Shown here piece after piece: positions 25,752-38,430 of a stretch of 64,000 nucleotides of DNA. The stretch's first letter is position 1, and each line of letters opens with the position of its first letter. Below the pieces are notes generated by a model. That model was not told the DNA's origin, made no database searches, and worked only from the letters and a program-made list of their open reading frames with translations. The stretch is from Eledone cirrhosa (lineage: Eukaryota). The position numbers and the translations under genes are program-made. The stretch covers positions 4,526,001 through 4,590,000 of the forward strand of contig OZ024754.1 of the NCBI GenBank assembly GCA_964016885.1. The letters run 5' to 3'.

Positions 25752-26463
25752 CTTTATTTCACAGTTAGCCTAAAATATAGGTTTACTAAAAACGTGTATA
25801 CTTATAAGTTTACATTATACACTTACTTTCTCTACCGTTATGTCGTGTTTCTATGAATCTTTTACTTCAAGTTGTCAAAGCTTGCACAAATATTCAAATT
25901 ACACACAGCTATTCATTTCTATCCAATTGTGCGTATTATAAGAATAGCTATAAGCTACTATTCTTTCTGTGGACAGCGACGAGTAACTAATGCTTGATGA
26001 AGTATTAATAATTGCTGAAACTGTCATAGTTTGACCGATTTCTTTTTTTTCTTTTTTGGCCATTGGGAGAAAAACTTGTTGTTTAAAAGTTAATGTCTAG
26101 TTTTCCCATCGAGGATAAAGTAACGAGTATGTTTTCTAAGAAAACATTCTCGTTACTTTACTTTGCACTTCTACTTATACTACCGCTGTGTTGAGCTTCC
26201 ACTAATTAGTATTATTATTATTATTAGATATATATATATGTATATATGTATGTATGTATATGTATGTATGTGCGTGTGAGAGAGAGAGAGAGAAGGAATG
26301 CACGCCTGTGAATATGTAGCTTAAGGCATTTCTTTGTGAGTGAACATATATAAATATATATCTAAACAAATGTAAGCAGCATCCATATATATATTTAATA
26401 TTTGCAGTACATGTACACATACACGTACATACACATGCTTTCACTGTTACCGGCTGTCTGTTT

Positions 26464-26542
<79 letters not shown>

Positions 26543-26685
26543 TCTCCCTCTCAATATATATATATGTCTGTCTGTCTCTCTCTCTATATATCTATCTATC
26601 TCTGTATGTATCTCTGTCTGCACAACTCTGTCTCCTCCCCCCCCTCCCTGTCTGGCCCTCTCTCTCTGTCCCTGTATATATATAA

Positions 26686-26723
<38 letters not shown>

Positions 26724-27060
26724 TCAAGAAAGTGAGACATTCTCTGTTGACAAAAAGATATTCGTCTCACCCCACACCTTTTTTCTTGTATTTCCTACAT
26801 CAATGATATATATATATACATATATATATATATGTGTGTATATATATGTATATATATGTTTGCATGTGTAAGAGAGTTTGTGTGTATTTATATTGCATCG
26901 GTGTATATATATATATATATATATATACACCGATGCAATATAAATACACACATATATATATATATTGTGTGTGTGAGAGAGAGAGGGAGATAGGCATCTA
27001 TGTAAATATGTATATATACATATTTAAATTTATACATGTATTTAAATATACAAATGTGTG

Positions 27061-27092
<32 letters not shown>

Positions 27093-27806
27093 ACGTATAT
27101 TCATTTATAAACATGTGTGTGGAGATGTAAATATACAAATGTGTGTGGAGATGTATGTTATGTGTGTGGAGATGTATGTTATGTATATGTGTGTATATAT
27201 ATATGTGTGTGTGTATATGTATATTGTGTGTGTGTGTGTGTGTGTGTGTCTGTTCGTGTGTGTTCGTGTATGTGCCAGTCTGTATAGTAGCCCAGGGTGT
27301 GGTCGTTGGACCTAAAAGAAGCATGCGAATCTGTTCCAGCGTTAAATGCAATCAGCAGGAGTGTATTAGGTTAGTTTCGTGTGGAGTATAACACCTTTAG
27401 GGTGACTGTAGGGGTGAGAAACTGCTCAGTCAGAAGACAATTGGGACATAGCGTCCTCCAATAGACAACAACATGGGGAGCACACACATATATATATGTA
27501 TATAAAACTCTCTGTGTGAGTTTATATATTTGTGTTTTCATATATATATATATAGATATAGATATATATATATGAATCTGTGTGTATGTGTTTATATATT
27601 TATAAAATGTTTTCATATAAATATATATATGTATGTATGTGTGTGTGTGTGTTTATATATTTGTGTTTTCATGTCTATATATATAGAGAGAGATATAAAT
27701 ATATATATATGAATCTGTGTGTATGTGTTTATATATTTATAAAATGTTTTCATATAAATATATATGTATGTATGTGTGTGTGTCTGTTTATATATTTGTG
27801 TTTTCA

Positions 27807-27846
<40 letters not shown>

Positions 27847-28454
27847 TCTGTGTGTATGTGTTTATATATTTATAAAAATATAAATATATATATGTATGTA
27901 TGTGTGTGTGTCTGTTTATATATTTATAATATGTATGTTTTCATATGTCTATATATATATATATAGAGAGAGAGAGAGGAATCTGTGTGTATGTTTTTAT
28001 ATATATATGAAAATCTGTGTGTGTTTGTATATTTATAAAATGTATATATCCATATAAAGATATACACATTGTGTGATAGAAGGGGAGAGAAAGAAAGTAA
28101 TAGGTGTGTGTCATTGACATTAGGAAATAAGTCTCTCTCTCTCTCTCTGTGTCTGTGTGTGTGTGTGTGGGTGTCTTTTCCAGGCTCTTGATCATTCAAC
28201 CCAAGTATTTTGTTTGTATTATTCTGTGAGCAACTTTGCTTGGTCTTTCTTTGGTTAATTCTTTACTTAGCAGCGCAACACTTTTCTTTTTCTCCTATTT
28301 TTTTGACAAATGTCTATATATATTTCCTTCATTCCACTGTTATCATTAGCTCAACTTGTCTGTACCATACACTGTCTTGTCTCCAATCGAAAGATAGTCA
28401 CTTGTTGCCTCCTGTTTCTTTGTAGTCACGTTGAATCACATTTATATGTTCATA

Positions 28455-28690
28455 AAGACTGGTGTAGTGGTGCTGAGAACAATGCGGCATTGCAGACGAT
28501 TAATGCAAATTGACAATGGAAAGGCGCTCCCGCTCGAGTTAGAAGAGAACTATTTACCTTCAGGAGAAGCAGCGACCCCTGATTGTATTCAGCAACCGAA
28601 ACAAATATGAAGTACACCCAATCCAATGTTCCTAGGGGCGGACCTAGTTCTTATTTGCGAGTGTAAACTCGGCCTGATTAGTTTAGATTA
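28455..28690 (+). repeat. Unclassified ~230-bp interspersed repeat (copy 2)
   Basis: Homologous to 11215-11445. Confidence 0.8.
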
Positions 28691-29109
28691 GATCTTCTAA
28701 TACGTTGGGTAACCTGGGCTCAATATTGTGCAAGAAAGAAATCTATAGCCTAGTATCTGATTGATGAAGTAGATAGATGCTTTTTTTTTTTCATTTGTGC
28801 TACGTATTTCGTTTGTTTATTTTTGTTTTTTTCGTGTGTAACCTTGCTACATATATGCACGAAGTGAATTGGTTACGATAACGACTCCACGCGTGCGTAT
28901 TTTAGACATCTAGGGAAGAAACATCGATCGTTTGTTTTGATTTGAACCGTTTTCGTATAACATTTGAAAATAGGATTTCATTTGAAATATACTGGGTAAA
29001 ACATTACTTCTGTCTGTTTTATTTGTCAACTTTTTCACTTTATATATTTCTACCGTATATTTCTATCAGTCATCTCTCTTTCTCTCTCTCTCTCTATATC
29101 CCCCTCTAT

Positions 29110-29162
<53 letters not shown>

Positions 29163-29245
29163 GTAAACAACAGATGAGGATTAAGTAAACATTCTATGCG
29201 AAGACTTCTCATGCGTATTTTCAATCTTTAGCATTCTTACATCTG

Positions 29246-29299
<54 letters not shown>

Positions 29300-29718
29300 T
29301 ACAGATGTAAGAATGAAAAAGTTTGAAAATACGGACGCACATACATACACTCCACAACCGCCACACACACACACACGCACACATACATATATATATATAT
29401 TTGTGTGTGTGTTTGAGTGTATTTTTATGTAGCAATTTTCGAAGTTCTTCAGTAATAGCAATAACTACAAATATAGATTGAATATTAACTAAAAAATAAT
29501 GCCACAGCTCATCTGCTGGAATCACATGAGGAATTTTAAAGAAATCTCTAAAAACTTTCAGAAAATGTTGATACCTTCCAAGTTCCATTTATAGAACAGA
29601 ATATTCTAGAATCAAGCTATTCGTTTCCATCGGTAATATTTCAGTTTTATTGGGTTTTTTTTTTTTTTCCTAATTTTTTTTTTCTTTTTCCTAATTTTCT
29701 TCTTTTTTTTTTTTACAG

Positions 29719-29826
29719 ATGTTGTTTATAATGGACATATTGAGCCCTGTTATTCTCAGATATTTATCCATAAACACCCCCTTCTTTGCCAAAAACTTTG
29801 GATGGAATATTCACATCCCTAAGGCG
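29719..29826 (+). CDS. Candidate exon (strong acceptor, uncertain donor and frame)
   Basis: Long polypyrimidine tract ending ttttacag; possible donor GCG|gtgaat; phase 0 gives [36 protein letters not shown], phase 1 ends in TAA. Confidence 0.3.
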
Positions 29827-29936
29827 GTGAATAGCTTAAACAACAGTTCAGCTCGGGTTTTATTTTGCTTTCCCATTAGTTCCGGTCAGAGAAAACAATA
29901 TCCGGTGTATTTTTTTACCTTATCTATATATACATG

Positions 29937-29993
<57 letters not shown>

Positions 29994-30019
29994 GTGTGTA
30001 CATACATGCATATATATAA

Positions 30020-30064
<45 letters not shown>

Positions 30065-30089
30065 TGTGTACATACATGCATATATATAA

Positions 30090-30140
<51 letters not shown>

Positions 30141-30402
30141 TTCACTGGACTTTAGCAAACATGGAAGCGTTTGCCTGCGGCATATCAACTCTTTCACATA
30201 ATTGTTTTAACATCTGATGATGTCACACCGGTGTTGGTTGTTGTGATGATGATGATGATGACATAACAGCTACACACGGTGTCACTTAAATAGGAAATAT
30301 TATCCAATAAATACGATTACGTAACATCTGCCTTAGCGTTAATTCGTGTGTGTGTCCTGTAGATGCCGTTTCTATATTAGATTTGTTTTATATTTATATA
30401 AA

Positions 30403-30522
30403 GGCGTGTGGCTGAGTGGTTAGAGAATTGGATTCACAATCGTGAGGTTGTGAGTTCGATTCCAGGGCCGGGCGATGCGTTATGTCCTTATTTCACGCTG
30501 CTCCTTCTACCTGGAGTTGCGA
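30403..30522 (+). mobile_element. CORE-type SINE (family B)
   Basis: Same head and the same TGCTCCTTCTACCTGGAGTTGCGAC end as the 1068 copy. Confidence 0.85.
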
Positions 30523-30597
30523 CCGATAGATAGTATTAGCAATTGGAAAGACCGATGGAAACATTGTTTCCTCGGTCCGATTTAACGAAGGTCGATC

Positions 30598-30646
<49 letters not shown>

Positions 30647-30771
30647 CCACCACTCACAACAAATACGCACACATATATATATATATATATGAATGAAGTA
30701 ATTCCGTTGGAAAAAAAGAGTGCTCTATGTAGGTTACAGAGCTTATTAGTTATGTAATAATAAACACCAGG

Positions 30772-30839
30772 ATTGTTTCATTCTGATGACTGAAAGCAGA
30801 TTTGTTTGCTTTCAAGAAACCACAGGTAAATGAAATAAT
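30772..30839 (+). ncRNA. Type I hammerhead ribozyme
   Basis: ATTGTTTCATT-CTGATGA-c TGAAAGCAGA tttg TTTGCTTTCA a-GAAA-CC aca GG-TA-AATGAAATAAT: 11-bp helix I, 10-bp helix II, complete core, GUA triplet. Confidence 0.85.
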
Positions 30840-30983
30840 TATCTTATGTTGTTTATTACATAACTAAATATATATATATATATATATATTATGTATGTAA
30901 AAGGTAAACAGAAATAACAACACAATCGGTACAGTATATGGAAGGGACATATTAGGTTAACGTTTGATATAGCAGAAAAAGGG

Positions 30984-31019
30984 TCTTAACGTTTCGGACG
31001 CTATTTCTTCATCAGAAGA
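30984..31019 (-). ncRNA. Minimal hammerhead motif (Penelope-type)
   Basis: Minus strand TCTT-CTGATGA-AGAAATAGCGTCC-GAAA-CG-TT-AAGA; palindromic ACGT in place of helix III; weak helix II. Confidence 0.6.
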
Positions 31020-31199
31020 AAGAATGAGAAATAAGATAGATTGAGGGGACGGGTGTGTTGGAATTGGAAAAAATGTCTTTAAATAAAAATAACAGGTCCA
31101 TACGTGTGTGTGTATTTTGAACAATGAAAATAAGACAAAATCAGATGTAGGTTCAAGATTCATGATTCATGACCTTCACTTACCTCACCCCCTCTCTCC

Positions 31200-31268
<69 letters not shown>

Positions 31269-31480
31269 GGAAAAGAGTCGAGACCCGTTTGGACCAAAGT
31301 ATGACTGAACTTGGATTTGCGGACAAAGAGCGCAGCTCCCTAATTCATAGTCTACAAATTGCTGCGATAGCTGGCACCTTCAAAATTTGCAAAACATTCT
31401 TGCGATTCAAGGAATGACAATTTCTTTTCTTTTACAACCTTGCCACCAGGTAGGTGGCCGGTCAAAAAAAATATACTCGA
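31269..31480 (+). pseudogene. 3' end of an R4/NeSL-like retrotransposon next to (TA)n
   Basis: MTELGFADKERSSLIHSLQIAAIAGTFKICKTFLRFKE* resembles the RLE-element C-terminus (LQ....GT..I....L); short UTR with hairpin GCCACC-aggta-GGTGGC. Confidence 0.65.
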
Positions 31481-31978
31481 AATTAAGAGAAAGAGATAAC
31501 ATACATGCATACATATATATATTAAGACAGACATGCATGGCTACAATAGTGAGTGCGTGTGAGCAATATGTACTTTTCTCTCGATGGCTAACTCACGTCG
31601 CTCTCTCTCCTTCCCTCTGTGTTCCATTCTCCTCTCTATATCTGCCCACTATCATACCATATGTTTGAAGTTCCAAGCCCTATGGCTGATCTTTACTAAT
31701 GGGTTCATCGTTCGCCCTGTCTTCCTGTATTCTTCACGACAACAAACCAGACTTTAATCACACATTGCTTCTTTCTTCTTCTTCTTCTTCTTCTTCTTCA
31801 CCCCCCCCCCCCATACTCTCTTTTTCTTTGCTTCTATTTTTTCAAATTCTTTTTACATATATTTTTCTTACAGTTTCTTTTTTTTTTGTGTGTGTGAAAA
31901 ATTCCTTATTTGTATTTAAATTTTTTTTGCTTATTTTTTCGAAAATTATATTTTATTCTTTTTGTTTGTTTGTTCTTG

Positions 31979-32042
<64 letters not shown>

Positions 32043-32159
32043 GTATGTGTGTGTGTGTGTAATATTTTTTCGAAACATACTTTTATATGTTTGCTCCCAA
32101 TTTTTTTGTTGTTTCCATATATATATATATAAATATATGGTGTATTTATGTGTGTATAC

Positions 32160-32208
<49 letters not shown>

Positions 32209-32597
32209 TTTTCCAAAAATATAATATATTATGTTTTATTATTTGTTTGTTTGTTTATTTTCACTAAAAATATTTTTTCTTCTCATCTTTTTCTAGTATT
32301 GATTATATTTATTTGTTTTATTTTAAATATATTTTATAAGATTTATTTTATCTAAACTTTATTTATTATAAGTTATTATTTTTTTGTTAAAGTAAATTTC
32401 CTTTTTTTTTTTTTCGTTTCATTTTATCATTTTATGCTGTGTAATGAATATTTGAGATGTTGTTGTTATGATGATAATAATACTACTAATGATGATAATA
32501 ATGATAATCTGTAGTAGTAGTAGTAGTAGTAGTTATTGGTATTGTTATAATGATGATGATGATAAGGGTAATACTAATGATAATAATAATTGTTTCT

Positions 32598-32856
32598 TTG
32601 TTTCTACTTTTGGCACAAGGCCAGCAATTACCCAGTACATTACTGGTATTTTATTTTATCGATCCCCGTAAGGATGAAAGGCAAAGTTAACCTCGGCGAG
32701 ATTTGAACTCAGATCGTAAAGGGACGTAACTATGCTGGAAAGCATGGCGTCCGACCCTCTACCGTTTTTGCACAAGGCCAGCAGTTATCCCAGTGCATTA
32801 CTGGTACTTTATTTTATCGACCCCGGAAGGTTGAAAGGCAAAGTTAACCTCGGCGG
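32598..32856 (-). mobile_element. Family A SINE plus a partial second copy
   Basis: Match to the in-window consensus. Confidence 0.9.
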
Positions 32857-33115
32857 GGTTGTAGTTGTGGTTGTTGTGGTAGTGGTGGTGGTCGTTGTTG
32901 TTGTGGTTGTGGTGGTGTTCATTGTTGTTGTTGTAGTGGTGCTGGTCATTGTTGTTGTTGTTGTGGTGGTGGTGGTCGTTGTTGTTGTGGTTGTGGTGGT
33001 GTTCATTGTTGTTGTTGTAGTGGTGCTGGTCATTGTTGTTGTTGTTGTTGTGGTCGTTGTTGTTGTGGATGTGGTGGTGTTCATTGGTGTGTGTATATAT
33101 ATATATGTATGTATG

Positions 33116-33171
<56 letters not shown>

Positions 33172-33183
33172 ATATATATATAT

Positions 33184-33592
33184 ATACGATATTAACAAAT
33201 GGAAACTATATTTATAAAACCATATTTATTTCATTATACATATTTCAAGGACACCAAGTTAAATTATGGTGTGCTTTCATCAGATAAAATATAATATAGA
33301 TCAGTTTTATAAATAAATATTGACATACCATTAAAAAATGCAACCATTACTGTTGGAAGCTCTATGTCAATATTTATTTATAAAACTGATCTATATTATA
33401 TTTTATCTGATGAAAGCAAACCATAATTTAACTTGGTGTCCTTGAAATATGTATAATGAAATAAATATGGTTTTATAAATATAGTTTCCATTTGTTAATA
33501 TCGTATTTTTACTCCAAATATTTGTTGAGTGCTTTATATCAGTTATAAAAATATTTGCTTGTTGTATCCCAACAATTCAAATAGAACTTTTA
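33184..33592 (+). mobile_element. Fold-back element between (TA)n tracts: 144-bp inverted repeat plus tail, with hammerhead-like motif
   Basis: Arms 33184-33327 and 33363-33506 (one mismatch seen); CTGATGA-stem-GAAA-TATG-TA in the arm; related copy at 41314-41540. Confidence 0.8.
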
Positions 33593-33791
33593 CATATATA
33601 TATATATATGTATATTTATTTATCCTTGTTTTTAATGTTTTATCATTGTATATTATGTTTGTCTCATCAGAATACAGAATACAACCTCTCTTTCTAAATC
33701 TTCACTCCCCTTCTCCCTCCTTCCTAACTCCTTTTTCTCCCTCTTCATTCTTCTCTCTCCCTCTTTCTCCCTCTTCCTTAACTCCTTTCTC

Positions 33792-33831
<40 letters not shown>

Positions 33832-33958
33832 GCCAGACACACAGCCTCACATCCATAATCATTCATTCGCAGCCATATACATTTTTCATATATTTATCAT
33901 TATGCATGGCACGCTCACTATAGATACGTATATACATATATCTATATATACACACTGG

Positions 33959-33999
<41 letters not shown>

Positions 34000-34015
34000 G
34001 TGTGTGTGTATATAC

Positions 34016-34067
<52 letters not shown>

Positions 34068-34605
34068 GTGTATGTATTACATATGTGTATGTATGTAAGT
34101 GTATATATGCATGTGTATGTATGTATGTATGTGTATATATGTATGTATATATGTATGTGTATATGTGTGTGTATATATGTATGTATATGAGTGTGTACTT
34201 TATATATATATATATATATGTGTGTGTGTATCCGTCCACCTATTTATACCTATATGTAGTCGGTCATATATATAAATGTATATATGCGTGTGTATATATA
34301 TGTGTATATATGTATGTATGTTTATATGTATGTATATATGTATGTATATAACATCTTTTTTCATCTCGCCTTATCTAAGGAAACCCGAAATTCAATTAAC
34401 ATTTCAAACCATTGTTCGGATGTCTCTGTGACATGTGAATTAAAGAAATGGAATAATAAAAATATAATTACATATGCCCTCACGTATAGACACGGAGATA
34501 CACGTACACACATACACATATACATACCCTCTCTCATACACACACACATATACACACACACATACACACTCAAATACAGCTATACACACACTCACACACA
34601 CACAC

Positions 34606-34651
<46 letters not shown>

Positions 34652-34712
34652 CCCCTCTCTCTCTCACAGACACACATATATATATATATATAACCCCCCT
34701 CTCTCTCTCACA

Positions 34713-34753
<41 letters not shown>

Positions 34754-35105
34754 ACATATATATATAACCTCTCTCTCTCACACACACATACTCTCAAATA
34801 GTTACAGCTACACACACACACACACTTATATATAACAACTCTCTCCCAAACACACACACATAAATGTAGCTAAGTTCATACACATCCACATACTCTCTCT
34901 CTCACTCTCTCTCTCTCTCTCTCTCCTCTCTCTCCTCTCTCTCTCTCTCCCTCTCTCTCACACACACACACGTACACACTCAATTACATGCAACTCCCTC
35001 ACATATATTTTTCTTGTCCCAAAATTTGAGCCAAACCCCAATAAACTCTGTATATGAATGTGACAGAATACATATATTGCCTGATTTATACACACACAGA
35101 GACAT

Positions 35106-35217
<112 letters not shown>

Positions 35218-35224
35218 TCTTCGT

Positions 35225-35345
35225 TGCCCACATATTCCTGAGAGGGCCGTGGGGGCATTATCCTCAAACACTCCTTCCGCGACAAGCCAAGGGCATGGAT
35301 GTTATCCAACCATCTTGCTCGGGATCTAGCCCTCATCAAAGTAAC
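35225..35345 (-). pseudogene. RTE LINE 3' end with internal deletion
   Basis: RARSRARWLDNIHALGLS..RKECLRIMPPRPSQE. Confidence 0.75.
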
Positions 35346-35369
35346 GTGTAGGTGGCTGGGCATTCTACA

Positions 35370-35557
35370 GAGACGTAATTTTCAGGGAAATACACCGTGT
35401 TGTCAAAGTATGTGACAAGGGTATTCTTTTGAATTACAGACACACTTCATATTTACCAGTTGCCTGAACTGAATCAACGCAAAAAAATGTGCTTAGCCCA
35501 AATGCCCCTTAAGATCGTGAGCTGAACACCCTAACCACTAAGCCTCGTGTCTTCACA
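35370..35557 (-). mobile_element. Diverged CORE-type SINE (family B)
   Basis: Reverse complement of the tRNA-like head (CCCTAACCACTAAGCC). Confidence 0.55.
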
Positions 35558-35568
35558 ACAGAGATATA

Positions 35569-35657
35569 CAGAGTGTCACCCAAAAATGTAGACACACTTT
35601 GATTAGCTGTACAGGCAATATTTATTAGAATGCTGTTGTTGAAGAGTGTATATATTT
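35569..35657. mobile_element. Small Tc1/mariner-like MITE, right TIR truncated
   Basis: TA-CAGAGTGTCACCCAAAAATGTAGACAC; internal TTTATTAGAATGCTGTTG shared (inverted) with 43729-43804. Confidence 0.55.
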
Positions 35658-36575
35658 CATGAGCTCGGCTGGTCACGGTTGGGGATCCAGCCGGATCAGT
35701 GAGAGACCGTTGTTTCTGACAGGACCTACTGGAAGGACTGTTTGGGTGTCCCCAGTTGTTTCTGACAGGACCTACTGGAAGGACTGTCTGGGTATCCCCA
35801 GTTGTTTCTGACAAGACCTACTGGAAGGACTGTTTGGGTGTCCCCAGTTGCTTCTGACAGGACCTACTGGAAGGACTGTTTGGGTGTCCCCAGTTGTTTC
35901 TGACAGGACCTACTGGAAGGACTGTTTGGGTGTCCCCAGTTGTTTCTGACAGGACCTACTGGAAGGACTGTTTGGGTGTCCCCAGTTGCTTCTGACAGGA
36001 CCTACTGGAAGGACTGTTTGGGTGTCCCCAGTTGTTTCTGACAGGACCTACTGGAAGGACTGTTTGGGTGTCCCCAGTTGTTTCTGACAGGACCTACTGG
36101 AAGGACTGTCTGGGTGTCCCCAGTTGTTTCTGACAGGACCTACTGGAAGGACTGTTTGGGTGTCCCCAGTTGTTTCTGACAGGACCTACTGGAAGGACTG
36201 TCTGGGTGTCCCCAGTTGTTTCTGACAGGACCTACTGGAAGGACTGTCTGGGTGTCCCCAGTTGTTTCTGACAGGACCTACTGGAAGGACTGTTTGGGTG
36301 TCCCCAGTTGTTTCTGACAAGACCTACTGGAAGGACTGTCTGGGTGTCCCCAGTTGTTTCTGACAGGACCTACTGGAAGGACTGTCTGGGTGTCCCCAGT
36401 TGTTTCTGACAAGACCTACTGGAAGGACTGTCTGGGTGTCCCCAGTTGTTTCTGACAGGACCTACTGGAAGGACTGTCTGGGTGTCCCCAGTTGTTTCTG
36501 ACAAGACCTACTGGAAGGACTGTTTGAGGATTCTGCCATCGCGATCTTCTCAGAAATAAGTGGGTGAAGAAGAAG
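35658..36575 (+). pseudogene. RTE LINE 3' end containing an internally amplified satellite
   Basis: HELGWSRLGIQPDQ*ETVVSDRTYWKDCL-[array]-WKDCLRILPSRSSQK* followed by GAAGAAGAAG. Confidence 0.8.
35712..36526. repeat. 46-bp tandem repeat, 17 full units plus one partial
   Basis: GTTTCTGACAGGACCTACTGGAAGGACTGT(T/C)TGGGTGTCCCCAGTT; (36494-35712)/46 = 17. Confidence 0.97.
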
Positions 36576-37216
36576 ATATCGTAAGGATGAAATGTAACAT
36601 AGATCTCAACGAGATTTGAACGTAGAACCCAAAGACTTATAACATATGCTACTAAACATATTTCCAAAGCTCTAACAACTTTTCGGAGTCATGAAGAATA
36701 CTGCTAAGCGTTTCATCCGACCTTCTAACAACTCTGACAATTCAGTGCCTACAATTATTAGTTAATAGTTTCCAGTATTGACCATTCCTCACTTTAGATG
36801 CTAAAGTAGTACTTGACATTTTTGATTATTTCACTTGACATTCACCCTTCGTCTTGCCTTTTTTTTTTATTCTTCAGCTAATAGCCAATTTGTACCAAAC
36901 ATCGGAAATAACATCAGATATTGTTGAAGATGTAGCCATTTTAAACTAACACTACTTCTTCTTGATCTCGTCTGCTCTCGTCTGCTCTCGTCTCCTCTCG
37001 TTTCGTCTAGTCTATTGCTATATATGACAATTATTTCTACTTTTTTTACGTGTTATTGTTAGCTTGTTTTTTGTTGTTGTTGTTGTTGTTTATATTTTGT
37101 TTTTTGTTTATTTTGTTTTGTTTTACATAATGCAAAGGGTCTTGTTGCGTATGTACATGTGTGTGTGTGTGTGTGTATGTATATATATATTTGTGTGCGT
37201 ACATGTGTATATGTAC

Positions 37217-37274
<58 letters not shown>

Positions 37275-37560
37275 ATATGTGTGTGTATGTGTATATGTAT
37301 ATATGTGTGTATGTGTATATGTACATATATATGAGTGTCTATATGTATATATATGTGTGTATGTGTATATGTACATGTATATGAGTGTCTATATGTATAT
37401 ATATGTGTGTATGGGTATATGTACATGTATATATATATGTGTGTATGTGTATATGTACATGTATATTTATATGTACATGTATATATATATGTGTGTATGT
37501 GTATATGTACATGTATATTTATATGTACGTGTATATATACGTGTGTGTGTGTATATGTAC

Positions 37561-37592
<32 letters not shown>

Positions 37593-37668
37593 ATATGTAC
37601 ATATATATGTGTGTGTGTGTGTATATGTACATATATATATGTGTGTGTGTGTGTGTGTGTATATGTAC

Positions 37669-37704
<36 letters not shown>

Positions 37705-37864
37705 CTGCATGTGTACGTTTATATATATATGTGCATGGTGGGGTCCGGATGTGGTCAATGTTTATTTATCAATATATTAATTACGTTAGATACGTTAACA
37801 AATATACATAATACCTTCTTTGTTATGTCTATGAAAAGTTATGTATGTATGTATGTATGTATGT

Positions 37865-38430
37865 ATGTATATGGAGGTATGTGAATATGTATATGGAGGT
37901 ATGTGAATATGTATATGGAGGTATGTGAATGTATGTAGATGGAGGTCTGTGTATGTATGTATATGGAGGTATGTGAATGTATGTAGATGGAGGTCTGTGT
38001 ATGTATGTATATGGAGGTCTGTGTAAGTATGTATATGGAGGTCTGTGTATGTATGTATATGGAGGTATGTGAATGTATGTATATGGAGGTCTGTGTATGT
38101 ATGTATATGGAGGTATGTAGATGGAGGTCTGTGTATGTATGTATATGGAGGTCTGTGTATGTATGTAGATGGAGGTCTGTGTATGTATGTAGATGGAGGT
38201 CTGTGTATGTATGTATATGGAGGTCTGTGTATGTATGTATATGGAGGTCTGTGTATGTATGTATATGGAGGTCTGTGTATGTATGTAGATGGAGGTCTGT
38301 GTATGTATGTAGATGGAGGTCTGTGTATGTATGTAGATGGAGGTCTGTGTATGTATGTAGATGGAGGTCTGTGTATGTATGTATATGGAGGTCTGTGTAT
38401 GTATGTATGTATATGGAGGTCTGTGTATTT
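37865..38430. repeat. 24-bp minisatellite ATGGAGGTCTGTGTATGTATGTA(T/G)
   Basis: Direct reading; grows out of (TATG)n. Confidence 0.92.

Noticed and set aside
35712-36526. CRISPR-like array
   Set aside because: No unique spacers, the unit is LINE-derived, and the context is eukaryotic. The same applies to the 24-, 37-, 20- and 14-bp arrays.
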